In this document: positions 14,391 through 27,170 of the stretch, in pieces | Layout: the number at the start of each line of letters is the position of its first letter | Position numbering within the stretch: the stretch's first letter is position 1 | The notes under the pieces: model-generated | Told to the model about the DNA's origin: nothing | Database searches by the model: none | Seen by the model: the letters and a program-made list of their open reading frames with translations, nothing else | Origin: Octopus sinensis | Lineage: Eukaryota | NCBI RefSeq assembly: GCF_006345805.1 | Contig: NC_042997.1 | Location: forward strand, 98,084,001-98,148,000 | Direction of reading: 5' to 3' | Length of the DNA: 64,000 bases | Program-made: the position numbers and the translations under genes

Positions 14391-14449
14391 TACCAGAACG
14401 TATGCTTCCACTACATCAGTATGACTAACATCAATTGGATCTTTGTTGA
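14391..14449 (+). CDS. Candidate internal coding exon, hypothetical protein (YQNVCFHYISMTNINWIFVE)
   Basis: Acceptor TATTCTTCTCGCTCGCTTCAG, donor GA|GTAAGC, C-rich third codon positions, phase 0 to 2. An in-frame upstream acceptor (exon start 14286) is an alternative. Confidence 0.4.
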
Positions 14450-14699
14450 GTAAGCGCCTTACAAGTCGGTCAGCATCTACGCTGCTTGACCGGTTCCTAT
14501 ATATTTATAGCAAGCTATATCTAATTAGCCTCTTCTATTTGTTTTTCCTAGGAAACAGTTAGTTCCTACCTGATGGCCTGCTTGGCGGAATCTGAGAAGG
14601 GGATTATGTCTAAACGGAAGACAGCTTATATGGAACTTTAGTTAATTCATAAGTTCCACTCTCAGCTGCTAGTCCAGGGTTGTGCGAAGTAGAGACAAT

Positions 14700-15560
14700 T
14701 TAACCTGTGACAATGGACAGCTTCTTTCTACCTTTGAGCAAAAAATAGTTTACTTTTTGTGTAAATGTTTACAACAGTGAACAATGACAAACTCCGTAAT
14801 TACCTTGAACGCCTGGTCACAGTATCAGCGTGGGAAGCCATTGGTAAATGTTTTAGGAGAGCAGCTGAAGAAAACTTTCAGTTAGCAGGAGAAGTTATCT
14901 TACTTTTATCTCATGCATGAACGTTTTCCGGTTGGTGGGGTGTTGTAGGCAAAACGAACCAGGAATCTGATACCCGCCAGATATCCAACCAAGTGGTCTT
15001 TCGCTGCACAATATGTCGCCCCACTTTATCAATGTTCTTTGTTGACTGAGGTTTGCTATTTTGATAACCAGTATTTCCTCTACGTCTGCTCGTGCTTCTT
15101 ATTGAAAGGGATGTTGTATTTTTTGTTACAGTATGACAACTTAAAAGGTAGTCCAGGTAGCTACTTGTGTGGGCCTTAATATTAGCAGCTGCTACAATAG
15201 GGTGTTTCTGTAATGCTGTAGGGTGTGTCTATTGCTCAAGTTACTATAAATTCATCCGAAATACCGCTGAAAGAGAAATGTAAGGTGTTAATTAATCTGT
15301 GCAGAGCAATACTACTTAGGTTCCTTGGCAAACGAAGACACCATCTTAAATAGCTCCTGATTTTATCTCCCAGAGTTTCAGAAGTTTGACGTATATTAAC
15401 AGTAGTTGGGCGGGACAGCGTGCATGTATACACGCAGGCTTTGAAATGATCGGACAACCTTCGTTCGTTTATCTTGGTAAGCCAAGTTTCCCTGATGGCA
15501 ACTGTGTCTCCTTTAGAATACAGTTAAAAAATTTCCCCTAGCTATTTAATGATTGTTCTG
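14700..15560 (-). mobile_element. Probable highly decayed LINE apurinic-endonuclease region (RTE-like)
   Basis: Minus-strand fragments DTVAIRETWL (cf. QETWL), IVAAANIKAH (cf. GDFNAH) and HADTVT in the expected order; many stops and frameshifts. Confidence 0.35.
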
Positions 15561-16947
15561 TCCATGTTGAGAAGGTTGGTTTGGTGAAGCGGTATTTTTA
15601 CACCAATTTCCTCTTCTTAGTACTTCTTTACTTTGTTAAACATGTCAACTTGTTCTAATAGATTATTTTCTTTGTATTAGGCATCTCTTTCATAAATATT
15701 ATGAACCGACTAGGGTGTCTCTTTGCAGCCGCCCGACCCTCTAAAAATGGCAACAAAACTTTATTCAACTCTCACTCTACTATCGTTCTAAAACGTAAGA
15801 ACAAAATTGACAATTGGCCATTAATATACAAAAATGAGATTGCCACAGCTTTGATATTAAATTTGATCATGCAAGGCTTACATGGAACTAAACAATAACA
15901 AAAACAACAAACTTAAGTACTAGTAAAGTAGGAAATGAGAGGGCGTGATAATTACCCATTTCAAAAGAACTTTAACCATCAATGACCTTAATTAAACTCC
16001 TTCAACTAGAAGGTGAATTAGATATCGGCAACTCAAACAATAGGATTAAACTTAGGACTGGAAGTTAGTTTTAATTTCATCGCTGTCATTGATACAACAA
16101 ATCAATACATCTTACGAGCAGGCATCTCACTTGTACATGCATCTCACTTGTACATGCATCTCACTTGTACTTATGCTATCGACATCAAAGAAAGTATAAA
16201 ATCCAAATATAAAGGACTATAGCTAAATACTATCAGACATTTCGTCCGGTGCTGTACCGTCTTTGCCATTTACTTAGAATCTTAACACTGATATCAAAGA
16301 AAGAAAAGAACACAACAAGGTACTATATTTTCAAATTGGCATTTATATCATTTTTTTTGTCACTTCAACAAATTTAAGCAACTATTTAATCAATTAAATA
16401 GATTAAAAGATTGCTTGATTTGTTGTTCAGTCAATCAATCAGCCAGGTTTGTCAGAGTCCTTCTGTTGCTATTCGTGACCTGATCAATGACATGCCTTCA
16501 CTACTCCAAATATGTTTCAAGTTCATTGGTTAAATCATTAACCGACTGATAAATTGAAATAAAATAAGTGAACTAGATTAAGTGATTCCCACTGAGATAT
16601 CACAAAAAATGTTTCAGCACGCGAATTCACATTAAGAATCTTGCAAGCCAAATACCAAAACGAAACACTTCGTTATTGCTGTTACTGTTGACAGTATTTT
16701 AGATCTAAATTATGTTCCCTCGATCTTAAACTTCATCATAGTTCTGGTGGCGTTAAGTTAATAATCAGATCACTCTGGCACTATAAATGACTACTATTAC
16801 TATCACATACACGTATTTAAACTTGAGCTATAGATTTAGAATTGGTTTCCTATAGCTTAGCTCTTCTTTTAGACATTGTTATTATGCAGATTAACTAAAA
16901 CCAAAACTTGCGCTGGAAATAAATAAAACGTGCTTTTGCTACTTCAG

Positions 16948-17008
16948 GCTGAAGGAAGTTTTCAACTACATCGTGACAGAACCGCATTTTCCTTTTGACC
17001 CGCGCTAG
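16948..17008 (+). CDS. Candidate terminal coding exon, hypothetical protein (LKEVFNYIVTEPHFPFDPR*)
   Basis: Strong acceptor TGCTTTTGCTACTTCAG|G, GC-rich third positions against AT-rich flanks; phase 2 start completes GA|G (Glu) from exon 14391-14449; TAG at 17006-17008. Confidence 0.42.
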
Positions 17009-17479
17009 GCGAGCATAATGCTAGATATACTCCCGCTCGGATAGGTTGTATAAACGTGCTTCCTTGCTCTTATAAATCTGACATGCTGTTTCTGTTCACG
17101 GATAACTGCTTTTGTCTTAAGGCGTTTTAATTTCTGCATTTATGCTGTCTTGGCATGAGACAAATTCTTATTTTTTCGACAGTAATTGTTTTAGTAGTCG
17201 TCAGAAAAACTGAAGTGAAGTAACTGAATGGGTAAGATATTACACTTTTATTCTCGAATGTGTATTGAGAACAAACTCTCTCTGTATGTAGTGAATAATT
17301 TTATACGATATATCTCACAAGATTTTGAAATAAGTTTACTATTTAATTTGTCTTTTTATATGCATGTTATTGGTACGTTTTACAATAATCTTTACAAGTG
17401 TGCTCTATGCAAGGTATGTCACCACAACCTGAGTTTGTAACTGAGTTTGTAAGTTTGTAATGTGTATTTATAATTTTAC

Positions 17480-17790
17480 ATACTTTAGTCATTGGACTGT
17501 GGCCATGCTGGAGCACCGCTTGAAGTGTTTAGTCTATCAAATCCACCTCGCTACTTATTCTATTGGTTTATTTTTTTTCCGAACTTCTAGGCTATAGTGA
17601 CGTAAACGAACCAACATCATTACAAAGCGGTGAGGCATAAACACACACACGCGTGTGCGCCCGGGGGGAGGCTTCCGTGTGAACAGTTTTCTTCTGCCAG
17701 TTTCACTCACAAGGCATTTGTTAGCTTGGGAATACAGTAAGTGGAAGACACAATGAGAGTGAATACAAAACGCCGCCGCAGTGTAGTCAA
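17480..17790 (-). mobile_element. Family B SINE, diverged copy
   Basis: GACTGTGGCCATGCTGGAGCACCGC is the reverse complement of the 3' end of the copy at 26331-26698. Confidence 0.65.
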
Positions 17791-17828
17791 TTTGGTAATC
17801 GTATGATGCCTGTAGCTATCATATATAT

Positions 17829-18107
17829 TTATTTCTTTATTGCTAAACTTAGAGGGGACAAACAAGGACGTTCGAAGGATTTAATTCGATTACATCGACC
17901 CAAGTGCGCAACTGGTACTTATTTAATCGACTCCGAAAGGATGAAAGGCTAAGTCGACCTCGGCGGAATCTGAACTCAGAACGCAGCGGCGGGCGAAATA
18001 CCTATTTCTTTACTACCCACAAGGGGCTAAACACATAGAGGATAAACAAGGACAGACAAACGGATTAAGTCGATTATATCGACCCCAGTGCGTAACTGGC
18101 ACTTATG
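17829..18107 (-). mobile_element. Tandem (dimeric) family A SINE
   Basis: Same GAAATAC|CTATTTCTTTACTACCC junction (~18002) as at 2051 and 46203. Confidence 0.85.
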
Positions 18108-19851
18108 TAAGCTAAAAAATTATCTGTAATATTTAAAAGTAAGCAAGCTTTCATGGAACACTATGGTGACTTACAGAAAGTATTTTAAAATTGTAAGATA
18201 TTCTTTTACTGGTTTAAATTGCAGAGCTTATGACTATGCGTGTGCTCTGACTTCAAAGTATTTTGTTCAATTAAATCGACTCAGTGTATTTTCTCTGGTA
18301 AGTAATTTTTAACGATATCTAAGTCGATCTGGCATACGTTTCCCACATGGAAACTAACACTTAAGGCTACTTTTGTTCAACGTACCAATATCGGTCTTGG
18401 AAACTGACATACATGTACATACATACACACATATATATAAGAATGTGTGTGTGTATGTGTATGAAAGTGTGTGTGTTGTGTGTTTGTGTGAAGAAATGTA
18501 TACGTGTGTAGGAGTGTATGCGTGTCTGACCTTGCATACAGTTTCTGGTTTCCAACTATGATTTGGTCTACCATAGACTATAATCGTACATTTGCAGAAA
18601 GTGCTGTGGAAGTAAGATCGAACCCGAAATTGTATAGGTGTGAACCAGACTTCTCAACCACACCTTCATATGTAAAGATAAAAGAGTTTTTTTTATTTGT
18701 TACAAAGTTTGTTATTCTTCCTTTAATCTTACCTTGCTTTGCCTTTGGCCCTTAAATCCTTGATGGGGTCTTAGGGATACCGTTGTGACATATGGCGTGC
18801 CGAGTATTTGTAGAATTGACAGGACTCATTACCCTCCAGGTCTGACTACAGCCAATTTTTCTCAGAAAAGGGGAGAGACAATCAGACAGGCAGAAAGAAA
18901 GAAGGGGTAAGGAAACAAGAAATATCTACCCTAGCGCGGAACTGTACTTTACTTATCGACTCCGAAATTTGTGAAGCCGAAGTTGATTTCGGTGGGATTT
19001 GAACTCAGAGTGTGGAGAGCTGTAACTATTACCATAATGCAATCTATCCGACACGCTAACGGCTCTGCTAATTGACCTCTTCATACTTTCTGTTTTCCGT
19101 TGTCCAATTGCACTACTTTCTAATTAATTTAGTGAGGAATGTGCAAATTTGGGTGTGGGAGTACTGAACCTGTAACTGACATTTTTCTCTTGGCACAAAA
19201 ATTATCAATTCAATTACTTCCAAATTTTTTTCTTTGAGTGATTGATAGCCTATTAATAGTTCCACCATGAAAATAAATAAATAAATAAATAAATACGATT
19301 AATATATTTATGATTAGAGATATCAGTTAAAATAGCATAGGTTAAAATGATGATAAATCATAATCTCGCAATACAATAAAGAAAAAAAAATATGTTTTAT
19401 CGACAGATTTTATTGAAATATTTTTTTTTACTGTTGTATATTAGCATTCATTTCATAAACTGATTGATTTAGCTCTATGAACATATGCCAATGTTATGTT
19501 CTGGAAAAAAGAAAAAATCGCTAGTCTAACAGGAATAGCAGCTATTAAATATGAAATTTATGTGATGGGTCTTTCTCACATATGATTGCTTCTCTATGTT
19601 TTATCTTTGTGAAAAAATGGTTGAGAATTTGTTTCCCTGTTCGTCATATATAGAACAATAATATATTGTCAGTTCTGACAACACAATCTAGCTCTTTAAT
19701 GTTTTTGAGAGAGTCCTCTCTGTTGCAATTATTCGGATTAAGTCTCCAGTTTGAGGACAGCAAACGAATTGCAAATTACTCCTCCCCCACCCACGAATCT
19801 TGGAATTCTAAAATAATGCTGTCAGTGCTGCCTTCCTTCTCATAGTACTGG

Positions 19852-20255
19852 ATATTAATAGTTATCGCCAAGCTATCCAGAAATATAGGACGAATGCTGC
19901 TGTTGATTAGCTCCAAGAGGCCATCGCCTCTAGCTTATATGTGACACACGAACCTGTGTCCATTATAACCTTCGACTACCGCTGCCGTAGTCCACTAAAT
20001 TTAGGTAAACAATCCTTCGAACAGACGGTCAGTAGCGACGCCTACTGGGTTCGAGTACTCTGCATTGATAAGAGGCAATACCCCGAAACTAGGCCAGCAA
20101 GGGGAAGCGGCTGACCTCCCCTGTTCGAAGGTTATAATGGACACATGTTCGTGTGTCACATAGCAAGCTAGAGGCGATGGCCTCTTGGAGCTAAACAACG
20201 ACAGAATTCGTCCTATATTTCTGGACTGCCATAGCTTCGCGATAACTATTAATAT
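19852..20255. mobile_element. Fold-back element/MITE with long terminal inverted repeats
   Basis: 19852-19975 is the near-perfect reverse complement of 20125-20255; pairing resumes between 20014-20036 and 20107-20131. Confidence 0.85.
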
Positions 20256-20494
20256 ATATATATATATATATATCAAAATTGTAACTAGACGTGGACTGTT
20301 GACGATTTTTTCCTCCTTCGTCATTTTCTTTGGGACTTTCCTATCTCCTGTTTCCGAAGAAGAGGTATGCTCAAAACGTAAAGCACCTACTCTTTCTTTC
20401 CTTCTGGCAGCATCTCATTAATACTTTGCATGTATTACGTCCTCGCGTTGTTGCTTTTTTCTTGTCCTTTTTCTCCGTTTTTTTATGATATATA

Positions 20495-20715
20495 TATATA
20501 GGGAGAGTCTACGAAAAAAACAAAAGACGAAGACAGGTGGTGTACAAAACAAACAGATGTATTAGTATAACGCTCAGGAATAGAAAAAGTCTTTTACGTT
20601 TCGAGCCTACGCTCTTCTACAAAAAGAGACACAGAAAAAACAGGGAGAGAAACAAGGAGAGAAAAAAGGAGAGAAAAAATGTGTGTAGTGGCTAACGATC
20701 TATCATGGCGACTAT
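20495..20715 (-). mobile_element. Penelope-type terminal repeat with hammerhead-like motif
   Basis: Minus strand reads TCTTT-TTGTAGA-A-GAGC-GTAG-GCTC-GAAAC-GTA-AAAGA, then GAGCGTTATACTAATAC. Confidence 0.6.
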
Positions 20716-21206
20716 ATATATATATATGCTTATATATATATATATATAAGAAGTTTCCAGTTTGAATTAATTTTAAACACGTAGTATTATTCTCTATATC
20801 TTGGCATCAATCGCACTAACATCCTATGATATTTTGTGTCTATTTCATTTTCTCTTTCGCTATGTTTGTGCATTCACATTTAGTCATTCACGGTTAGGTG
20901 ATACTTGTTTTTACAACTTTTTCGTTTGTTGATGAACTGCTTACATGAAACGATTGTAGCTTAGGAGTTCAAATGTTTTTTATAGAAGATAACCAAATAT
21001 AAAAAAAAAGTTGTTCTTGTTTTTCGAAAAATAACCAAAACAAAAAAATAAACGAATACAAAAACAAACAAAAATGACTTTTTCTTTTCTTGAATGTTAT
21101 TTTAGTATTAAGTTTATGATCTAGCTTTATTCAACATGTCGTATACCGGACGATCTATACGAAACGAAATCAGACACCCGAGAAGGAAAATGCATTAGAA
21201 ATACTC

Positions 21207-21209
<3 letters not shown>

Positions 21210-21286
<77 letters not shown>

Positions 21287-21292
21287 ATATAT
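21210..21292. repeat. Long, near-pure (TA)n
   Basis: Directly visible. Confidence 0.95.
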
Positions 21293-22177
21293 AGCAACAT
21301 ATTTTGTTTTCTGTCAGATATTCTCAGCTATGATACTTTTTTTATATAAAACAAATAAAAAATTCATACTGGTCGCATTCTTTCATTCGTTTGCTAGTTT
21401 AATTATCTCTTTGTCGCCATGCTGCAGCAAGGTATTCATGTGTCTCTCTGAATGGTATTTTCCTCAGTAATTATTTCCCTCTGGTACTATATTATCGATA
21501 CCTATTTATTGAAATGTTAAGTTATATTTTACATTTAAGTAAAGGGAGGCGATAGGACGAATTACTTTATAACAGTACACGCACACACATACACACATAC
21601 ACAAACACACACACACATATACCACACGCACACCACAATTATCACTTCTACCACAAACACCAATACCACTATGATCATTATCACCATCATTACTTCCAAC
21701 ACCATCAAGTCCGGCATAGGTACGACTATCACAGTTATCCCCACAACATGCACCACCAACACAAGCAACAACATCATTATCAGCAACCACCATCAACAAC
21801 AACACCAGCACCAGTACTACTGGTACGAATACCAACCTTACCGCCAATTAAAGGAATCGTTACGCAGTTACCCTATTAGGAACACCACGTAAATCTCCCT
21901 CATAACACATCGTCCTGTCTTAAATGGAATAGTGGAATGTAGTCTCTGATATACCGTAAAAGGAAATGGTCACGGCTGGGATGCTGGAAGAAATTATCGT
22001 TTTTTTTTTTAAACAACGGAAAGAAATAAAATATTGTATCTCGATATACAACTGTGGACTGGGTAACGAATTTTCAAATAGAGCAAGCTAAGATTGTTGA
22101 TTCCTCAGATGATGCAAGCAGAGGGATGTGCTGAAGACGACATTTCCTTGGGTGGAAATTCTGGGGCGGTGAAATTT

Positions 22178-22260
<83 letters not shown>

Positions 22261-24649
22261 CGTGCGTGTGTGTATATGTATATACATATATTGATATTGC
22301 AAGTGAAAGGGTAACTCTCACTAAATCGAATAGAGAAAAAGGTCGCAATTTTGTTTTAGACCGAAAGCTTTTATGTAACATATATTGTATGTTGTTTTGT
22401 GTACAAATAGTAATACATACATGTATACATACATACATACACATAGGTGTGTGTATGTATGTGTGTGAATATTTATGTATCTACTTCTATAATGTGTATG
22501 ATAATTTTCATATATATTCTCTTTTATTATTTTTTTAGATAAAATTAACCAAATCAAAGATACCGAGCAAACAGGATGATTTAACAAGGTAATAGACGTT
22601 ACACTTCTTTCATTGATGATTTTGACTAGCCTCTGTAGAACATAAAATTTCAGTTATTGGTTAGATATAATTATATACTTCAAAGTACTAAAACGTGCAT
22701 TTTAACTCATCTCTGTAAATTGGTAAAAAAAGGCGAAGATAGCTAAAAAAAAAGGTAAAAAATAATATCAAACGAAAAACAAAACATCAAATAAATGGAA
22801 CAGACGCATCACCATCATCTTCTCCTTATTATCATCGTAGGTAATAATAATAATTTATGACATAGACTCAGGGCCATAAATATAGGGGAGGGGGAACGGG
22901 CTTTTATATTGACACCAGTATCTGATAAATATTTTCTTTTATTGGCCACAAAGAAATGAAAGACACCACTGAATTCAGTAGGATTTGAACTCATAACAAT
23001 TGAAATTACAACACCTCTTCTTATAAATCACTTGCGTATGTCTCCTTTCAAAGTTAAAAGACGATATTGCTTCTCTCATGCCATAATAAAGTAATGTATC
23101 TATTTAGTTAATCTCCACTTTTATTTTGAAACGAACTTTTCGTTTTCGCTAAACGTGTAAATTGTACTACACAAATTCCTCGAAAGATGCCGGAACCGCT
23201 ACACCTTTCTATCTTCGGTGTTGACTTTAACAGAGTCGTAAGATGAACCTGATGCATGTTCTGCACAGACCAACGGAGAAACCTGTAACCAATCGAATAA
23301 GCTACGTGAGAACACAACCAAATCTCTATCATACTGCACCCTACAGTAACCGTTACAATCTGCATAGAAAATACCATGAGTTCGTGAACGAAAATAACAT
23401 TTTTTTTAGTAGATGAACCTTTCAAGAGCTTGGAATCTGCAGAAAAATGAATTTATAGAAAAGGGAACATGGTGGTGAAAATAGTGGAAACCTGTACATT
23501 GAAGTCTCAAAAAAAAAAAAAATAAATAAATAAAAAAACAGCAGTGACATTTTTCCAACTCTAAAAGCAATGACATTTTTCCAACTTTAAATCTCCATGT
23601 GGTTGAAGATAAACACAGTGTGTTTAACATAATTGCTGACGTGTTTCCATTGCCTTTGAGACGTTGGAAGGCGAAGAAAAATGTCGGTAGCTTGGCAGAG
23701 TCACAGAAGTCGTCGGAGATGGAACATACAGTTAGACTTTTTAAAAATGTTTGAGAATAAATCTCTATGAAGAGAAAAACTGAAATATTTGGCAATGATA
23801 GTTTAGTTTGAGACTAATGGAAGTACATTGAGACTAATGGAAGTACATTATCAGAGATGATGTCCGTATTAATTTTAACAGTTAAGAGATGTTTCTGTAC
23901 TTTGCATGTATGGCATTGTTGTTGCTATTGGGCTCATGGCCAGTCTCTGGTTGCGCAGACGGAGTTCCAGCCGTAGCTATCCTCTTTTTATCATCAGGAG
24001 CCGCACCGTGCAATAATCCAATAGTGTAATTTGAGAGAGATTTGACATATATTTCAAGCAATCTCTTAGATCCTTCCTCCCTGTGTATGTGGCAGTGAGA
24101 CTGATGGAGAATTAAAATTTTTGTGGAGTTTTGTGTATATTGTGTAGTTGAGTGCAAAGCGAGCAACAAATGTAGCGATTTTCTGTACTTCCGGAATGAT
24201 CATTGTACGCTATTAGCGCAACGTCTTTTCCGCAAAATGACATCATTGTAGTTGTTTTAAAGCATAAATTACATTTTATTCAACGTTCTTCAGATCATGT
24301 AGGAGAGATTATTTGCGACCATTGTTTAACGTGTCATATAGGCATAATTAATCCAAATGTAATTACTGCTGTAAGAACATAACGTCAATGGATTGCTATA
24401 AATACATTGCAAACTTGTAAGAAACCTATGTGGTCGTTTAACCTGCTAATAATAGAAACCAAAATCTCCCTTGTGATACTAATACTCCCTTGAAATGGGA
24501 GGTGCACATTGAATAATATAGCTCTAGATATGCAATACCCAAGAGATGAATGAAAATGATGGTGTTGCTAATAACTGGAGTTCATAGCACTGCTGAGTCA
24601 GATATCGATTGGGAGCTAAATAATAATGATGATGATGATGATGACAAAG

Positions 24650-24845
24650 TTCTTTCAAATTTTGGCACTACGCCAGCGATTTTCAGGAGAAGGTAAAGAG
24701 CTGATTACATAGATTCCACAACTTCCCTGCTTCTTTATTTTATCAATTCCGAAAGAATGAAAGCAAAGCTGGCCTCGACAGAGTTTGAATTCGGAACGTA
24801 AAGAACCGGAAGAAATGCTGTTATGCATTTTGTCCAACGCTCAAA
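24650..24845 (-). mobile_element. Family A SINE, diverged copy
   Basis: AATTTTGGCAC..GATTCCACAACTT..CCGAAAGAATGAAAGCAAAGCTGGCCTCGACAGAGTTTGAATTCGG is homologous to the other copies. Confidence 0.65.
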
Positions 24846-24889
24846 ATATTATGTTAGTACATGGCTTCAAATTTTGATGATGATGACGT

Positions 24890-25040
24890 AGACAACAATG
24901 ATGACAACGATGATAATGATAACGATGATAAAGTTGACGACGATGATGGTGATGATGATGATGATGACGACGACGATGATGATGATGACGACGACGACGA
25001 CGATGGCAACAATGACGATAATGATGACGATGATGAATGA
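24890..25040. repeat. (GAT/GAC)n trinucleotide tract
   Basis: Directly visible; explains the poly-Ser ORF 24854-25090. Confidence 0.9.
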
Positions 25041-25809
25041 AACAATTGATGGTAATGAAAACAGTTAATTATACAAGAATCCCATTGCAATTATCCAAGA
25101 GTCCCACTGCGGGGAGTTGCAACTAACCGCTGGAAGAAAAGGTGAATATGGTCGTTAGGGAGTAAAATATTTTCTCTCCCCGAAGAATAAGAAGGAAAAG
25201 GCTAATTTTTAGGGGTATGGTTATGCTTGTGTTATTGTCAAGAAGAGTCATTACAAATAAAAGTGAAAATCCAAGTTTTTTAATTACATATTGTCGAAGA
25301 TCATGTTTCCTTGTTATGAACAATGCATGTGTATTCGTACGAATGACAGAACCACGTTTATCATGTACTGACTGGAGAATATTTACTTTTCCTAGTATCT
25401 ACTGCGTGAGGACAGTCAATGGTTAGATACGAACTTTTAACGTCTCAGTCAGTGGTTGCTATTCTGTCGTCTCCCATCATCTACGGCACGTAGGTAGTCG
25501 ACTGAACGAACAGGCGCGATTTCGCAGAACGGTTGTTCGAAATACACAATGACAGTAATCTAATATTCTAGACACCTTGGCACCAGCTGCTGCTTCTGAT
25601 CATTTTGCTTATTTCATTACTAACAAGAGTATCTACAAAATGGCGTGTGCTAGCGACTACACACACACACATACACACACATACACACACACACGCACAC
25701 ACACACACAGAGCACAACTATCACAAATGTACATAAGCGCACAGTTTCACACAAAGACGTGTATTATATGTGTTCGAGTGTGTGTGTGTGTATATATATA
25801 TATATGATA

Positions 25810-25841
<32 letters not shown>

Positions 25842-26330
25842 AATGATGATGAAGATGAGGATAATGGTTATTGTGGTGGTGGTAGTGATAAAAGTTATTT
25901 ATTCGCATAACCTCACGCGTACGCAAACTTACGTAAGAATCGTAGAAATTTCGAGAGATATAATTTGATTTCAGCAGTGAAACTTGATGTAGATAGAGTT
26001 TTAAGTAATAGCATATAGAGTATATGCAAGTATGTGCATGTTAAGATCATCAGAAGCTTAGGTGGTTCAGTGACTCTGAAAGCGAAACCGCCGTTAGACG
26101 AGTACTCCTATTAGGTTCAACTACTACAATCAGAATGAAGAATGAACTTAGATTAAACACAACCGAGTAACTTAACCTTCTAAATCCCGCTCTGGTACAA
26201 GCTGATAAACTCAACAAAAATCGTTGATCAAAAAATTGTTAGAAGTAGTGGAGGAAGGCAACGCCACCCGGACAAGCTGATAAGGTTCCACTGGAGATTA
26301 CGAGCGAATCAGTGACAATACGCTGAAATT

Positions 26331-26698
26331 GTAGGAGTGGATGTGTGGTAAGTAGCTTGCTCACCAACCACATGTTCCGAGTTCAGTCCCACTGCATGGT
26401 ACCTTGAGCAACTGTCTTCTACTATAGCCTCGGGCCGACCAAAGCCTTGTGAGTGGATTTGGTAGATGGAAACTGAAAGAAGCCCGTCGTATATATGTGT
26501 GTGTGTGTATATGTTTGTGTGTCTGTGTTTATCACCCCAACATCGATGCTGATGTGTTTAGGTCCTCGTAACTAAGCGGTTCCGCAAAAACCCCTCGATG
26601 GAATAAGTCCAGGGGTCGATTTGCTCGACTAAAGGCGGTGCTCCAGTATGGCCACAGTCAAATGACTGAAAAAAGTAAAAGAGTAAAGAGTAAAGAGT
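26331..26698 (+). mobile_element. Family B tRNA-derived SINE with CORE-like segment and internal microsatellite
   Basis: A-box-like TGGATGTGTGG, B-box-like GTTCAGTCCC, CORE-like ACCTTGAGCAA, internal (TA/TG)n, AAGAGTA-repeat tail. Partial copies at 34080-34400, 37520-37700, 38390-38510 and 54790-55200. Confidence 0.75.
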
Positions 26699-26959
26699 TC
26701 AGCTACAGTGTAATGGTCACTCGCTGGCAAGTTAAAATCCACTTTCAGTAAATTCATGACATTCATATTCCTTTATGTTGATATTGCCTTCAACAGGGAA
26801 AAATTGGTATTGTTGAACAGGAGATACAGCTCACTGCAATAACGATGACGACAAGGATGACGATGTATCTTTTATCTTTTACTTGCTTCTGTCATTAGAG
26901 TGCAGTCTTGCTAGGGTAACGCCTTAAAGTGTTTGAACTGAAACCAAAAGAAAATAAAG

Positions 26960-27170
26960 ACAAATGAGAAGTGACAAATGTCACCAAGTATTATATTAGT
27001 TTAACGACTAGAGAAGAATGTCTGAACGTTTCGGAACGCTAGTCCTTCATTAAGAGAAAATATAAAAGAAAAGTAAGAATGAAAGAGGAAAAGTGGTGAG
27101 AAAAAAGGGGAAAAACTTAAAAGGCGTGGGGGAAGTGTTATTAGCTAAATTGGAAATAGGTTCTATGGAA
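26960..27170 (-). mobile_element. Penelope-type terminal repeat with hammerhead-like motif
   Basis: Minus strand TTAATGA-A-GGA-CTAGCGT-TCC-GAAAC-GTT, then GTCGTTAAACTAATA and a pyrimidine-rich arm. Confidence 0.5.

Noticed and set aside
14250-14497. Minus-strand terminal exon NRSSSVDADRLVRRLLNKDPIDVSHTDVVEAYVLVLKRARRIRIEFA*
   Set aside because: It reads well, but its acceptor is weak (TATAAATATATAG); the + strand splice signals over the same segment are stronger. Not excluded without stranded RNA data.
21506-21892. Thr/Ile/His-rich mucin-like or Val/Gly-rich ORFs
   Set aside because: A degenerate ACC/ATC/AAC trinucleotide tract next to a CA repeat, with no splice or start support.
22110-22170. 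Possible + exon MMQAEGCAEDDISL after a good acceptor; also a 24-nt AG..GTAAGT segment at 31342-31365
   Set aside because: Isolated segments with only one good splice site each and no linkable partner exons.
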